Assembly (NCBI GenBank): GCA_950097015.1
Contig: CATNEN010000033.1
Location: 3,100,001-3,164,000 of the forward strand
From: Macrostomum hystrix
Lineage: Eukaryota > Animalia > Platyhelminthes
Direction: 5' to 3'
DNA: 64,000 nucleotides
The notes below the pieces were generated by a model. The model searched no databases. It was not told where the DNA came from and was given only the letters and a program-made list of their open reading frames with translations. Positions 11,480 through 22,544 of this stretch are shown one piece after another; positions within the stretch are counted from its first letter, which is position 1, and each line of letters starts with the position of its first letter. Both the position numbers and the translations under genes were made by a program.

Positions 11480-12046
11480 ATGCCTACATCAACATCATCA
11501 TCAGGGCCAACTCTAAACGATGCGGAACGAAACGAATCCAACTGTCACGACGATGACGTTAAGCTGAATGAAGAGCCAGGCTATGATGACTACGGGTATG
11601 ATGAAACATACAATTCAACATACAGTTTTGTATTCGGCCTGGCAGACGACCATTTGTTATACGCCGTAGCTGAAGAGGTCGAAGCGGCGATGGCAGCCAA
11701 TTGCTTTGACCCAGCTGATGACGAGCTTTTGTATGCAGCAGCTGAAGAGGGGGAGGCGTCAGCAGCAGCGGCAGCGACGGCAGCCAGTAGCTGTTTATTT
11801 GACCCAGCTGATGACGAGCTTTTGTATGCAGCAGCTGAAGAGGCGGAGGCGTCAGCAGCAGCGGCAGCGATGGCAGCCAGTAGCTGCTTGTTTGACCCAG
11901 CTGATGACGAGCTTTTGTATGTCGCAGCTGAAGAGGCGGAGGCGTCAGCAGCAGCGGCAGCGATGGCAGCCAGTAGCTGTTTATTTGACCCAGCTGACGA
12001 CTGCCTATTGTATGCCGGAGCTGAAGAGGCGGAGGCATACGTTTGA
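11480..12046 (+). CDS. Gene E copy 1: acidic protein with ~31-aa DPADDELLYAAAEEAEASAAAAAMAASSCLF repeats
   Basis: ATG ORF; four paralogs with in-frame repeat-number variation. Confidence 0.7.
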   Translation: MPTSTSSSGPTLNDAERNESNCHDDDVKLNEEPGYDDYGYDETYNSTYSFVFGLADDHLLYAVAEEVEAAMAANCFDPADDELLYAAAEEGEASAAAAATAASSCLFDPADDELLYAAAEEAEASAAAAAMAASSCLFDPADDELLYVAAEEAEASAAAAAMAASSCLFDPADDCLLYAGAEEAEAYV

Positions 12047-12529
12047 AATTATATTATAAAATAATGCAGAAACTATGATTCATTACAGTTATTTTATAAA
12101 TAAAGCCTCTGATTATCATAACGATTTGATATACATATTGGTGTTGTTTTGTTAGTGATTGAAAATACACTAATCTTTTCGTGAAAATACCATCACCAAC
12201 AATCATAAGCACAAACGTAAGCATTATTGTTTGTATTTTTTGTTTGTAAACGTTCATATTATTTTAATACTCAAAGCAATTTCGCATAAATACAGCAGTT
12301 TGTATTTGTTTTAGAACATGTTCTTTCGGAAAAATATGTTCATCTTCGTATCGTTAGTATTTTTGCAAAAAACTGTCATTATTTTTCATTCACAGGTATT
12401 CAATACAATATATAGATAGCATATAGTCTTTTCGCGAAAAAAATCCACTCATGACTCTTGGCAATTTGCAGAAATACTAAATGTGTCTATGGTTAAAAAT
12501 GTACAAGATACTTAGTCTAATAATATGCA

Positions 12530-13140
12530 TGTATTTTCGCGAAAATACCATAATATATAGCCATGCACACACCTACTTTAAGAACTTTTGCAAAAATACC
12601 GCCAACTACCTTTGTTTAATAGCATAGCAGTATTTTAGCGAAAATACCATAAGATGTAGCCATGCACACTACTTTAAGAACTTTTGCAAAAATACTGCCC
12701 TTACCTTTGTTTAGAGCATATCAGTATTTTCGCGAAAATACCATAAGATGTAGCCATGCACACTACTTTAAGAACTTTTGCAAAAATACCGCCAACTACA
12801 TCTGTTTAATAGGATATCAGTATTTTCGCTAAAATACCATAATATATAGCGATGCACACACCTACTTTAATAACTTTTGCAAAAATACCGTCAACTACCT
12901 TTGTTTAATAGCATAGCAGTAGTTTCGCGAAAATACCATAATATGTAGCCATGCACACCACTACCTACTTTAATAACTTTTGCAAAAATACCGCCAACTA
13001 CATCTGTTTAATAGCATAGCAGTATTTTCGCGAAAATACCATAATATGTAGCCATGCACACTACTTTAAGAACTTTTGCAAAAATACTGCTCTTACCTTC
13101 GTTTTGAGAACATATCAGTCTTTTCGCTAAAATTCCGTAT
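12530..13140. repeat. Second array of the ~96-bp palindrome-containing unit
   Basis: Same unit as 325-900; sequence from ~12184 onward repeats window position 1 onward. Confidence 0.9.
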
Positions 13141-13755
13141 TTACTTTCGGTTTAGAAGTCGTTATTTTTTTTTCGCGATAACACCTATAAATGAATTTTA
13201 TTAATCAATGCTTTGACACTTTGCATATACCTTCGTTTGAAGATAGTAATACTATATATAGAAAAATTGCACATAAGACCCAGTTGAGGACGAGCTTTTG
13301 TATGCCACAGCTGAAGGAAGCAGAGGCGTCATAACGTCAGAATGTAAAATAATACAATCACTATGATTCATTATGCAGTTATATTATAAATCTACTGATT
13401 ATCGTAACTATTGTTTGTATTTTTATGCATGCAAACGCTCAATACATTTATTGTATTCGTGTTGGGCTTCATTAATCAGTCAATTGACTACAATTAGCAA
13501 GAAATAAGATTTTTTTGCAACAGAAGTAGCAATTACCTACTTCACAACAATAAAAGCTCAAAACTGAGCATATAAATTGATTTTATTTGTATGACTAATT
13601 ATAAAATTGCATACAAAAACAGTATGAAACAGTAAAAAATATAAAAAAACAGCTGAAAGACTGACTGAATGACCGAGTAAAAATATAGTCGACAAAATAG
13701 CAGCATGCAGGCAGTTTAGTGTAAAAAAATCCTGCTAACAGCACCGTCTTGTCGC

Positions 13756-14397
13756 TCATACTCGCCGGTCCAGGTGATCGCCAAACACATTGCGTATTGG
13801 GTGGCATTGTCCATCGCATTGGTAGTCGGTACTGAGGGAATGACCAATGAAGATGGCAACTACCGGACGCTTGTGCCCATCAGGTGTCGGTTCTAATCGG
13901 CGCTGAAAGTCCATCGAATACGCACTGACCGGAGCATGCCCAGCAAGCACTAACAGTCGATTGAGCCAAGAGACGTGTCGAATAGCCTTGTATTTGGCAT
14001 TGACTTCAAAAGTGTCTCCATTGACCAAACGAAGTAGTGTGCACATGACTTCAGATGTGTCATCAAACAGTTGCGGGCGTAGCTCGTCAATAAACATGGC
14101 AGTGTGTATAGTCTCGCAGAGCTTGTCAAACATAAACGTGTTAGACCGCTTCTGCACCTGGATATTCAGCACTTTCGTAGAACCGAGATGGCTTTGCACA
14201 GAGTGGGTCTTCCCAACGCCAGACGGGCCGTATAGATAGACGACACCAGTTGGCAATTGCAACGCGCTGCACACAGCCTTTACAGTTGGGCACACGTTGG
14301 TGGCGGCGGCGATCAGCCGGGGAACATGAGCGACGGCGGCATCAAGTACTTGAACAGCAGTAGCAGCGGAAGCAGCAACATCAGCAGCAGCAGAGAC
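13756..14397 (-). CDS. Gene A copy 2, exon 2: SF3 helicase domain
   Basis: GPSGVGKT, FIDE, LLRLVNGDTFEVNAKYK and FQRRL are present; 642 nt = 214 codons including the stop, open up to the acceptor. Confidence 0.85.
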   Translation of the reverse strand, partial: VSAAADVAASAATAVQVLDAAVAHVPRLIAAATNVCPTVKAVCSALQLPTGVVYLYGPSGVGKTHSVQSHLGSTKVLNIQVQKRSNTFMFDKLCETIHTAMFIDELRPQLFDDTSEVMCTLLRLVNGDTFEVNAKYKAIRHVSWLNRLLVLAGHAPVSAYSMDFQRRLEPTPDGHKRPVVAIFIGHSLSTDYQCDGQCHPIRNVFGDHLDRRV

Positions 14398-14555
14398 CTG
14401 TTGGATGGTGTTGTGTTGTTAGGTAGGTTCGCATACAATTAATTAATTAATTGTCCAAAAGTAATAATTATTTGAATTAAAACAACAGCAAAAATTCAAT
14501 GATCAATACTCGTACGTGTGCTAAAAAATGTCATGTATTATAATATTTTGCATAC
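14398..14555 (-). other. Predicted phase-0 GT-AG intron (gene A copy 2)
   Basis: GAG|GTATGC donor, CCTAAC branch point, CCAACAG|GTC acceptor. Confidence 0.8.
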
Positions 14556-16409
14556 CTCCAGCTGAGTAGGCAAGGTCGTCCTCGCATAGTCGGCTGTTGC
14601 AGCATCATCAGCAGCGGCGGCGGCGGCAGCGGCAGTAGGGCGACAGTTTTGGCAACCAGCTAGCACCTCTGTTGCTATTACGCGTTTCATCTGAGTCACC
14701 TTAAAGTAATCGCTGAGCTCTTGTCTGACACGAAAGTGTTCGAACATGAAGCCACTATCTAGCAAAGGCTCAGTTTTCGACGCCTCATGAGCAGCAACCC
14801 AGCAAAAGGCCTTGGCCAGCAAGCTGCACTCTTGAGTAGAAACGCGGAAAAGAGCTGGAAACTCGTCCGTACTGGTAACTAGCTTAATTGCACTTGACGC
14901 ACTGCGTACACCAGACACTGTCATTCTACACATTGTAGGATGCAGGTAGGCCGAAGCTTCCGCAGATTCCTCCATCAAAAGGGCATGCAGTCCGCAGTAA
15001 ACAGTGTAACCATCTTCTGGTTGGCGCAGGTTCAGGAACATCAGCAAACCATTGGGATGATTCGGAGCTCCTAAACATTCACGGATTGACATGTTGTATT
15101 TCTGCTGACGACGCGCTCGGATTTCTTCGCTGGTCAGCATGTCAACCTGAATACATGATGTTGTGCCGATGGCAAACTGTGCACATGGAGCTACCAATTC
15201 ATCTTCTAGAAACGCCTTGAATTTTTCCACATCGCTCGAGATGAATGCAATCTCTATAAGATGTAGCGTCCTTCTAGTCATAAGAACCGACCTGCCCTCT
15301 GCTGTTAAAGAGGCGTAGTCGGTAATTGGAGCTCGAGGACATAGAAGTGGTGATGTCGAACGACACAACGCATATTCATCGGCTATCGGAGCAAATGCCA
15401 CGCCACCAACTTGCTGCTGCTGCTGTTGCCGCTGCTGCGGTTGTTGATCTCGCTGATGATGCTGCTGCTGCGATTGCTGCCGTCGTCCCGACTGTTGCGC
15501 TGTTGATTCAAAAGCGTCGACATACGCTGGAGAAAATACTGCGAGAGCTGGTTCATCATCATCGGATATTGTCCCATTCTCGATGACAGACATTGCCGGT
15601 GTAGAGCGAGGCGCATAATCTGGCGAAGTCGGACAGGCACCAAGTGCGGCACTATTTTTAGGAATAGTCGACTCGCCATTTACGCGCAATAATTCTGCCA
15701 CCTCTGTTTTGTACTTATCATCGACTAGCTGCGATGACAAGGCTGAACTATTAGAAGCCGTCAAAACAGGGGCAGTATTCGACTCTACATTGTCTGTAGT
15801 GCTCGTCCACTCGTCCACAATCTCCAGCTTTACGTCATCAGCTAGCAAATCGTCCGTGTCCTTAGCTGAGTTATCTTCAGGTGATAACACTATAGGCGTG
15901 GACTCTCTGCGATCAGTATGGTCGCCGGCGCCACCAATTGATTGGGCGGCAATAATCAGAGGCTGTCGCATGGCTACCAAAGATCCAACGCCAGTGTCTT
16001 CAGCATCAGACGACGATGTACTGCTAGACGAAGCATCCAAGTCGACAACTACACGCGTCCGCTTGCGTAGAGTCGATCGGACACGTCGACGCTTCTGAAC
16101 TGCGGTTGTAATAACAGTTCGCTGCTGCTGCTGCTGCTGCTGCTGCGCTTGCTGTTGCTGCTGTACTACTGCTGCACGGCGGGGAACATTGAAGGCAGCC
16201 GATGCCCGGCCAGCCGTTCCTGCCAGTGCTGCGAATGATGCCGATGCTGCTTGCCCACTCGGTCTAATTGAGTTGCCAGTAGGACGATCGGTTGACTGCT
16301 CAGATCTAAAGTAGTCCACGATCCTAGTCTGGCGTAGACCATTAGAATCCGATGTAGCAATGCTGGCATCCACACGAGCCTTCTTACCACGGCCACTAAA
16401 TGCTGACAT
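14556..16409 (-). CDS. Gene A copy 2, exon 1 (618 codons): basic/Gln-rich disordered N-terminus plus a ~230-aa globular domain; ~831 aa after splicing
   Basis: Uninterrupted ATG ORF 14538-16409, in frame with the helicase exon after splicing. Confidence 0.75.
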
Positions 16410-16756
16410 TTCAAACTTGAAGTCGAGGCGTAGGAATTAACTCGTAAATGTGGTTGATCGCTCGGTTAGTCAGTCAGTCAGTCGGTCACAAAGTATCTGT
16501 TAACCGCGCTCCGTCTTAGATAGCTCACTTTTGCGACTGTACTGGACTGTAGTTCTAACAAAAATACTGCCCGTACCTTTGTTATGCGAACATATCAGTA
16601 TTTTTGCGAAAATAAATACACTTTTCGCTAAAATACCAGCATTTAAGTATATTCACAGCCAAGTCAGTTTTTGAATCGACATCCATCACATATATTTACG
16701 GATATGTGATTCAGGCAGCCGATGCTGCTTGCCCACTCGGTCTATACGTATGAACT

Positions 16757-17355
16757 AGAGTTTACGGACTTAGAGAATTTTATCATGTCAGTGATAAAAT
16801 TTTCGACCGTCCCCAGAGCTTAGTTGGTGTGGCTGGTGGCTGGTAAATGCTATACATGCAGGTATATATATATACTCTTAAGAAAAGTGCGCGAGCTGTT
16901 TTTTCGCTACTCGACGTCGTCGGCATAGCTAGGGCCTAGTATAGCCGGGCTGGCTTGCTAGCTTGCCACTGAACGGGGAAACCCCGGGCGATTCTATTTT
17001 TAGCAAAGCTGCTACTCCACGGAAAAACCGCGCAGGCGCACCTTTCTTAAGAGTATATACTGACTTGCGTGTCCCATAGACTTACATGGCTGCCACTTGA
17101 ATACACACACGAGCCGCGTCTATACTCTTAAGAAAGGTGCGCCTGCGCGGTTTTTCCGTGGAGTAGCAGCTATCCTATATGCTGACGTCAACTAGCGAGG
17201 CCGCATATACACGGCGGGAATATATACGGCGCGCACCTTTCTTTAGAGTATATACTAGCTGGCTCGCTCTATCCCGCCCCGATCTCACTACACTATTTAA
17301 GCCTTGGGACGGTCGAGAATTTACGTTTATAAATTCTCTAAGTCCATAAACTCTT
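16757..17355. repeat. Nested palindrome H1 (copy 2), with a core hairpin at 17007-17171
   Basis: Perfect 51-bp arms at 17007-17057 and 17121-17171. The 63-nt loop is the reverse complement of the copy-1 loop. Confidence 0.9.
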
Positions 17356-18224
17356 ATAATTGGAGTGCTGCATGGTGTGGTGTGGTGTGGTGTGTGGTGT
17401 GGTGTGGTGTGTGGTGTGGTGTGGTGTGTGGTGTGGTGTGGTGTGTGGTGTTGGGTGGGTGGATGCAGAGTGCAGGTGCAGGTTGGGTAGGTGGTGCATG
17501 GTGTCTCACTCTCATATCCTCCCTTCACTCTGTCCTAGCTTCCTCTCCTACCTTCGCTTTCCTCCCCTCCCTTTCTTCCTATTCCTTCGATCTGATCCTC
17601 TCTTCACTCTCCCTCGCTATCAATTTCCTCCTGTACTATCCTCCAAATATGTTTTCGCAAAAGTAACACATCAGTACAATGAATCAATAAATACAATGAA
17701 TCAGTCGTACGAATTTGGGTGGGTGGATGCAGAGTGCAGGTGGTTGGGTAGGTGGTGGTGTCTCACTCTCATATCCTCCCTTCACTCTGTCCCAGCTTCC
17801 TCCCCTACCTTCGCTTTCCTCCCCTTCCTTTCTTCCTATTCCTTCGATCTGATCCTCTCTTCACTCTCCCTCGATTTCACTATCCTCCAATTATGTTTTC
17901 GCGAAAGTAACACGTCAATGAATGGTACCAGAGTGCTTTTGTTGGAACGATCAGTTGAGATCAGTTCGAAGAAACTGAAGCATCCAAAGCCAAAAACCAA
18001 AGCCGAAATCCAAATTTGCAGCTTCTTCTAGCTGCAACTCACTGACTAGCCAGTTTCTGCACTGCTATAGCTACTACTTACAGCAGGCGCATGCGTAGCT
18101 GAAAAGACATTTTTTATCTCCTTAGTGTATTTCTTGCACACGTCTATGGCTGTAAATAGTAGCGCGCAAAAAGCCGAATGACCTTTTTTTGATCTCCGTA
18201 GTGTATTTCTAGTGTATCTAGAAG

Positions 18225-19105
18225 ATAGCGCAGATGAATCAGGCATCATCTATGCAACAAGTTATGACGAGCCTGCTGAACATGTGAGCCAAGCGGACAG
18301 CGTGTCAATTGGATCAGTACGGCATCCAATTTGTACATCTACTCCGCTTAATCACAATGCGATTGAAGCAGCAGCAGAAACAATCCAATCGGATCACTCG
18401 CCAGTACCATCGCCATCAATGCCAATGTTGCAAATTGAGCCAATCGGATCACCAGCGATGCCTATGTTGCCGATTCCAACTGTCGAGGTGCCGTATTTCG
18501 TTCCGGTGCCGCTACCTGTTTTTATTCCTGTCTGTGCGCCAAGAGTAACAACAGCGACAGTTGGTGTCAGTGCACAAAACAGTGTGACCGATGTTTCAAT
18601 CGAAGCCAATGTCAGCACGCAGTCAGTGTGTATTGGTACATCATCCGGTCACGGTGATGACATTGAAATGGCGCAGATTCTGCTCGACTTGATGCAACCT
18701 GCCGCTATGCAAGTTCTGTCTACCAATACGGATTGTGTTGCTGCTGCTGCTGGATCGGATTTCGCTGCCCATTCCGAAGCAAGTCACATCGATGATATGT
18801 TTGATGTCGCAATGGAGATCATCATTGCTGATGTCAACAACGTTTCGGATGAACGGCTATCCGGTGTGACATTGCCGCAAGGAGATGCCGATGCCGCAGC
18901 AGAATTGATTCTGACCGCCGACCTTGACGACGATGTCGCAATGTCAATAAGTGATGTGCAGTCATCGCAATCTACCATACCTGCGACTGATGCCTTGCAT
19001 GCATCTAGACGCTCGTATTGTATATGCACACACAATATATTGACTACGACAGTGTCAAGACACGGCCGATTGATCAAGACGCGACAATGTCTGTGCGGCA
19101 ATTGA
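18225..19105 (+). pseudogene. Gene F, 5'-truncated copy
   Basis: Matches 41001-42134 from EDSADES onward; fused at ~18215 to unrelated upstream module sequence. Confidence 0.65.
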
Positions 19106-19560
19106 TTTCATTCAATTCAATTGGCTCGGCGTGCAACTCAGATTGGGCTGCTTTGTCTGTCTCCTGGCTGGCTGGCTGGCTGGCTGAATAATCGACTGAC
19201 TCACTTATAATAAATTCAGACTGAACTTGATTTAATCGATTGATTTAATATACGTTGATATAAGAATGAACTAAAAAAGTTAAACTTTTACGCGATTTGA
19301 TTCTAAGCGATTTGATTCCACTACCGTCTATTCTTATTACATCAATTTTAGTTTTAAGTCTACTTCATTATTCTCAGGTTTTGTGCAATATAAATACAAA
19401 CATAATATATCAGACTGATCGATTACGATTACGTCGGTTTTGTAATAAGTCTCAACGCCAATGTACACCGCATAACCGCCAGTCAGTTCAGTTCATATTA
19501 TTTTAATGATAGATTTATATTTTAAAACGGATGACCGGTGCAGAGCAATGCTGACTGCTC

Positions 19561-19647
19561 ACACTGCCGTTAGGCCGCACGTTAGCCAGCTGAAAGCATT
19601 CAGAAAAAAGCTGAAATCTGACTAACGTGCGGCCTGACGGCAGTGCG
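19561..19647. repeat. Branched hairpin H2, copy 2
   Basis: Homologous to 8061-8148. Confidence 0.85.
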
Positions 19648-20710
19648 TGAGCAATAGCCAGCTGATATCATAGCAGCTTCCGTTGAAGGACGCGAAAATA
19701 CATTCTACTGTTCAACCAGTATGTGACATGTCGCAGTATGTGAACCACGGAACCGTCACGCCGAGTCACTATATACACTACAATACCGTAGCAGTCCGGT
19801 GTGACGATACTGTCTTCCATAAGAGCCTTCTTACCTTCTTACCACTGCCACATTATGCACAGATCTCAAGTAGTCAACTTGTTTTCGTTTTGACTTAATA
19901 CGTATGTACTTTCGCGAAAAAAAAGTTGGCAGTGCGCAAATACTAATTATAGATGAAATGTCTGGCTATATTCGCGAAAATACCATAGATATAGCCACGC
20001 TACTTAAAGAACTTTTGCAAAAATACTGCATACAATATGAATTATATGCAGTCGTTTTTTGTGTCTATGGCCAAAAACATCTGACTGTATTTTCGAAAGA
20101 AAAATTTGGATGCAAAGAACATAAAAAATAGCGAAAAATCGAACTGTACCAAGCAGATATGTCTATGCTTAAATACGCACGATACATACCCAGTTTGCAC
20201 GTTTTAATTGTCCATCTTGGCATATCTAGCAAGACGTAAGCGTATAATAATTTATTAGTCGTTTGTACTTTACATTTTTAAACGAATCCGTTTTTATTTA
20301 TGTTTTTTTACATGAGAAACTTAAATTGTATAAATTTAACTTGAAATTATATATCAGACTGATCGATTACGATTACGTCGCTATTGTAGTAAGTCTCATC
20401 GCCAATGAACACCACATAACCAACAATCAGTTCATATTATTTTAATGATAAAATAAATAACGATTTTATGTATGTCTATGAAATGTCTTTAACAATGCAA
20501 GATAAGAAGTTATGTATTTTAACTATTTAAATATATTTAATTATTTTAATAACTAATTTGTGTGCATTAATATTATTAATAATAGTAGTTTTTTATTTAT
20601 TTACGAAAAATGTCAGTGAGTCTGCGTGATAGACATGTTGTCATCTTCGCTCGCCTCGGACCATTAAACGATGTCCATGTCCATGTCCATGTCCATAGTG
20701 ATTATAGCAA

Positions 20711-21089
20711 TTATAGCACACCAGGCTGCGGGTTGAAAGATGGGTTTTAGGTTTCATTTAGTTTGTTAGCTCGAGTTCAGATATGTTAATAAATATTCAA
20801 ATGAAAATAAAAGTCGAAATCTACTACTCACATAGGGGTCTAAGCCCACAGCTATGCGGCGGGCCCTGGCCATGCGTAGCATGCCCGCCTTGACCCGCCG
20901 CATAGCTGCGGCGAGATCCGCCTCCGCCCGGCGCCGTCCCGGCGTCCAAGCCTCCGCTGCCGCCACCTCAATTGCCGCCTCACTTGCTTCCTTCAGGGAA
21001 GCCTCCAACCCCGTGGCAGCGGATGCTAGAACGAACTGCCGGAACGACCCCGGGAATAATGGAAAGTTTCCGCTGTTGCTGCTTGCCAT
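20711..21089 (-). CDS. Gene B copy 2; exons 21089-20832 and 20725-20711
   Basis: MASSNSGNFPLFP...LDPY|PGVL*, with the same splice signals as copy 1. Confidence 0.75.
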
Positions 21090-21353
21090 TGTCGGACCTG
21101 TCGTTGTTGAAAATGTTGAAAGGGGGTGCTTTGCTGTGGAATGTCTGCTGTGGCTTTGGTTGTGGGCTGCTCTCTTGGCCGATAAGATATTTCTTGTTCT
21201 TAATACCCAGACTGGCCTGTATTCATTTGATTTGTCTGTGGACTGACTCACCTGTGTTCGATGAAAAATACTCTGTGGGGGCTTTGATTAAAGTTTAGAA
21301 TTTTTTTTAACAATACTTTTTTTTGCTTTACTTGATTTACTAACTGACTGAAC

Positions 21354-21788
21354 ATGTCGTTAATTGCCGATCAGATGCAGTTAGTACAAATGTATCTTCA
21401 GCCGCGCGTATTTCAACTCTTTCTCAGCTGTCGCATAGATTGCATTGGCCGGTTTATAGCGCATCGAGGGTGCTTCGAGCAGCTACATAGTTTGCAGCGC
21501 GGTGTTCCAACTGCAGAGTATAGCGCTAATGAGTTATGTTTATTATTACGGCGCACTCAAAAATGGCTGCAAAAGCACCGGTCAGCAGAAGACTATCAGG
21601 CTGTCTTGTCCGTGACTGGTGTAAGAGAGGATGAAGCACAAGACATCATCGAAGTGCTAGAGCTTTTAGAGGAAGCCCAAGCTGAACTCCAGCTCATCAT
21701 ACATGGAGTTCGCTACTGGATGACTATTCAACAAAGGGAACGTCTAAGAGCGAGGCTTCGGGAACGGCAAAATGTGATCGAACAATGA
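21354..21788 (+). CDS. Gene C copy 2 (long C-terminal variant, 144 aa)
   Basis: Intact ATG ORF homologous to 9878-10258. Confidence 0.7.
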   Translation: MSLIADQMQLVQMYLQPRVFQLFLSCRIDCIGRFIAHRGCFEQLHSLQRGVPTAEYSANELCLLLRRTQKWLQKHRSAEDYQAVLSVTGVREDEAQDIIEVLELLEEAQAELQLIIHGVRYWMTIQQRERLRARLRERQNVIEQ

Positions 21789-22194
21789 ATATTTCAAAAT
21801 ATAGAATTTATACAGAATGTTATGTATTATAGTTTACACCTTTATTTTTGCTCTTGCGACTTTACAATGCAGACTGTACCACTAATTGTACAATAAAATG
21901 ATTTAGATAATTTAATTAAATTTAAATAATAAATGGCGAAATTTAAATAATAACCGATTGACTACCTGCACACATCTGTGTTCACGTATTAATATTTTAT
22001 TACTGACTGATCTTATCAGTCATCTGATTATGGTTATTGGTGATAGTGACGGCAAACTGTCTTATACTTTGAATATACCACGTAAGTGAACGAGAGCTAG
22101 TGTATGTAAAAGTAGTTAAAAACTTTTCCAGGCATCATGCACTGTCGACTTTAAATACTCGGATGTATTAATCAAATACATGAAACTTCTAATT

Positions 22195-22544
22195 AGATCT
22201 GACTTCGCTGCCCAGTCGGAGGCTCACATCGATGATTGCTTGATGTCGCAATGGAGATCAACATTGGTGATTCCAACAACGATTTGGTTGAACAGCTATC
22301 TTATGTGACAGTGCCGCAAGGAGATGCCGATGCCGCAGCAGAATTGGTTCTGACCGCCGACCTTGACGACGAAGTCGCAATGTCAATAAATGATGTGCAG
22401 TCATCGCAGTCTACCATACCTGCGACTGATGCTTTGTATGCATCTAGACGCTCCTATTGTGTATGCACACACAATATATTGACTACGACAGTGTCAAGAC
22501 ACGGCCGATTGATCAAGGCGCGACGATGTCTGTGCTGCAATTGA
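22195..22544 (+). pseudogene. Gene F 3' fragment (diverged)
   Basis: Encodes PQGDADAAAEL...RRSYCVCTHNILTTTVSRHGRLIKARRCLCCN. Confidence 0.65.

Noticed and set aside
20766-21251. MSQSTDKSNEY N-terminal extension of gene B (GTG start)
   Set aside because: The apparent GTG start is the CAG|GTGAGT splice-donor-like site. It is out of frame with B in some copies (for example 34823-35014), whereas a downstream ATG is present in all full copies.
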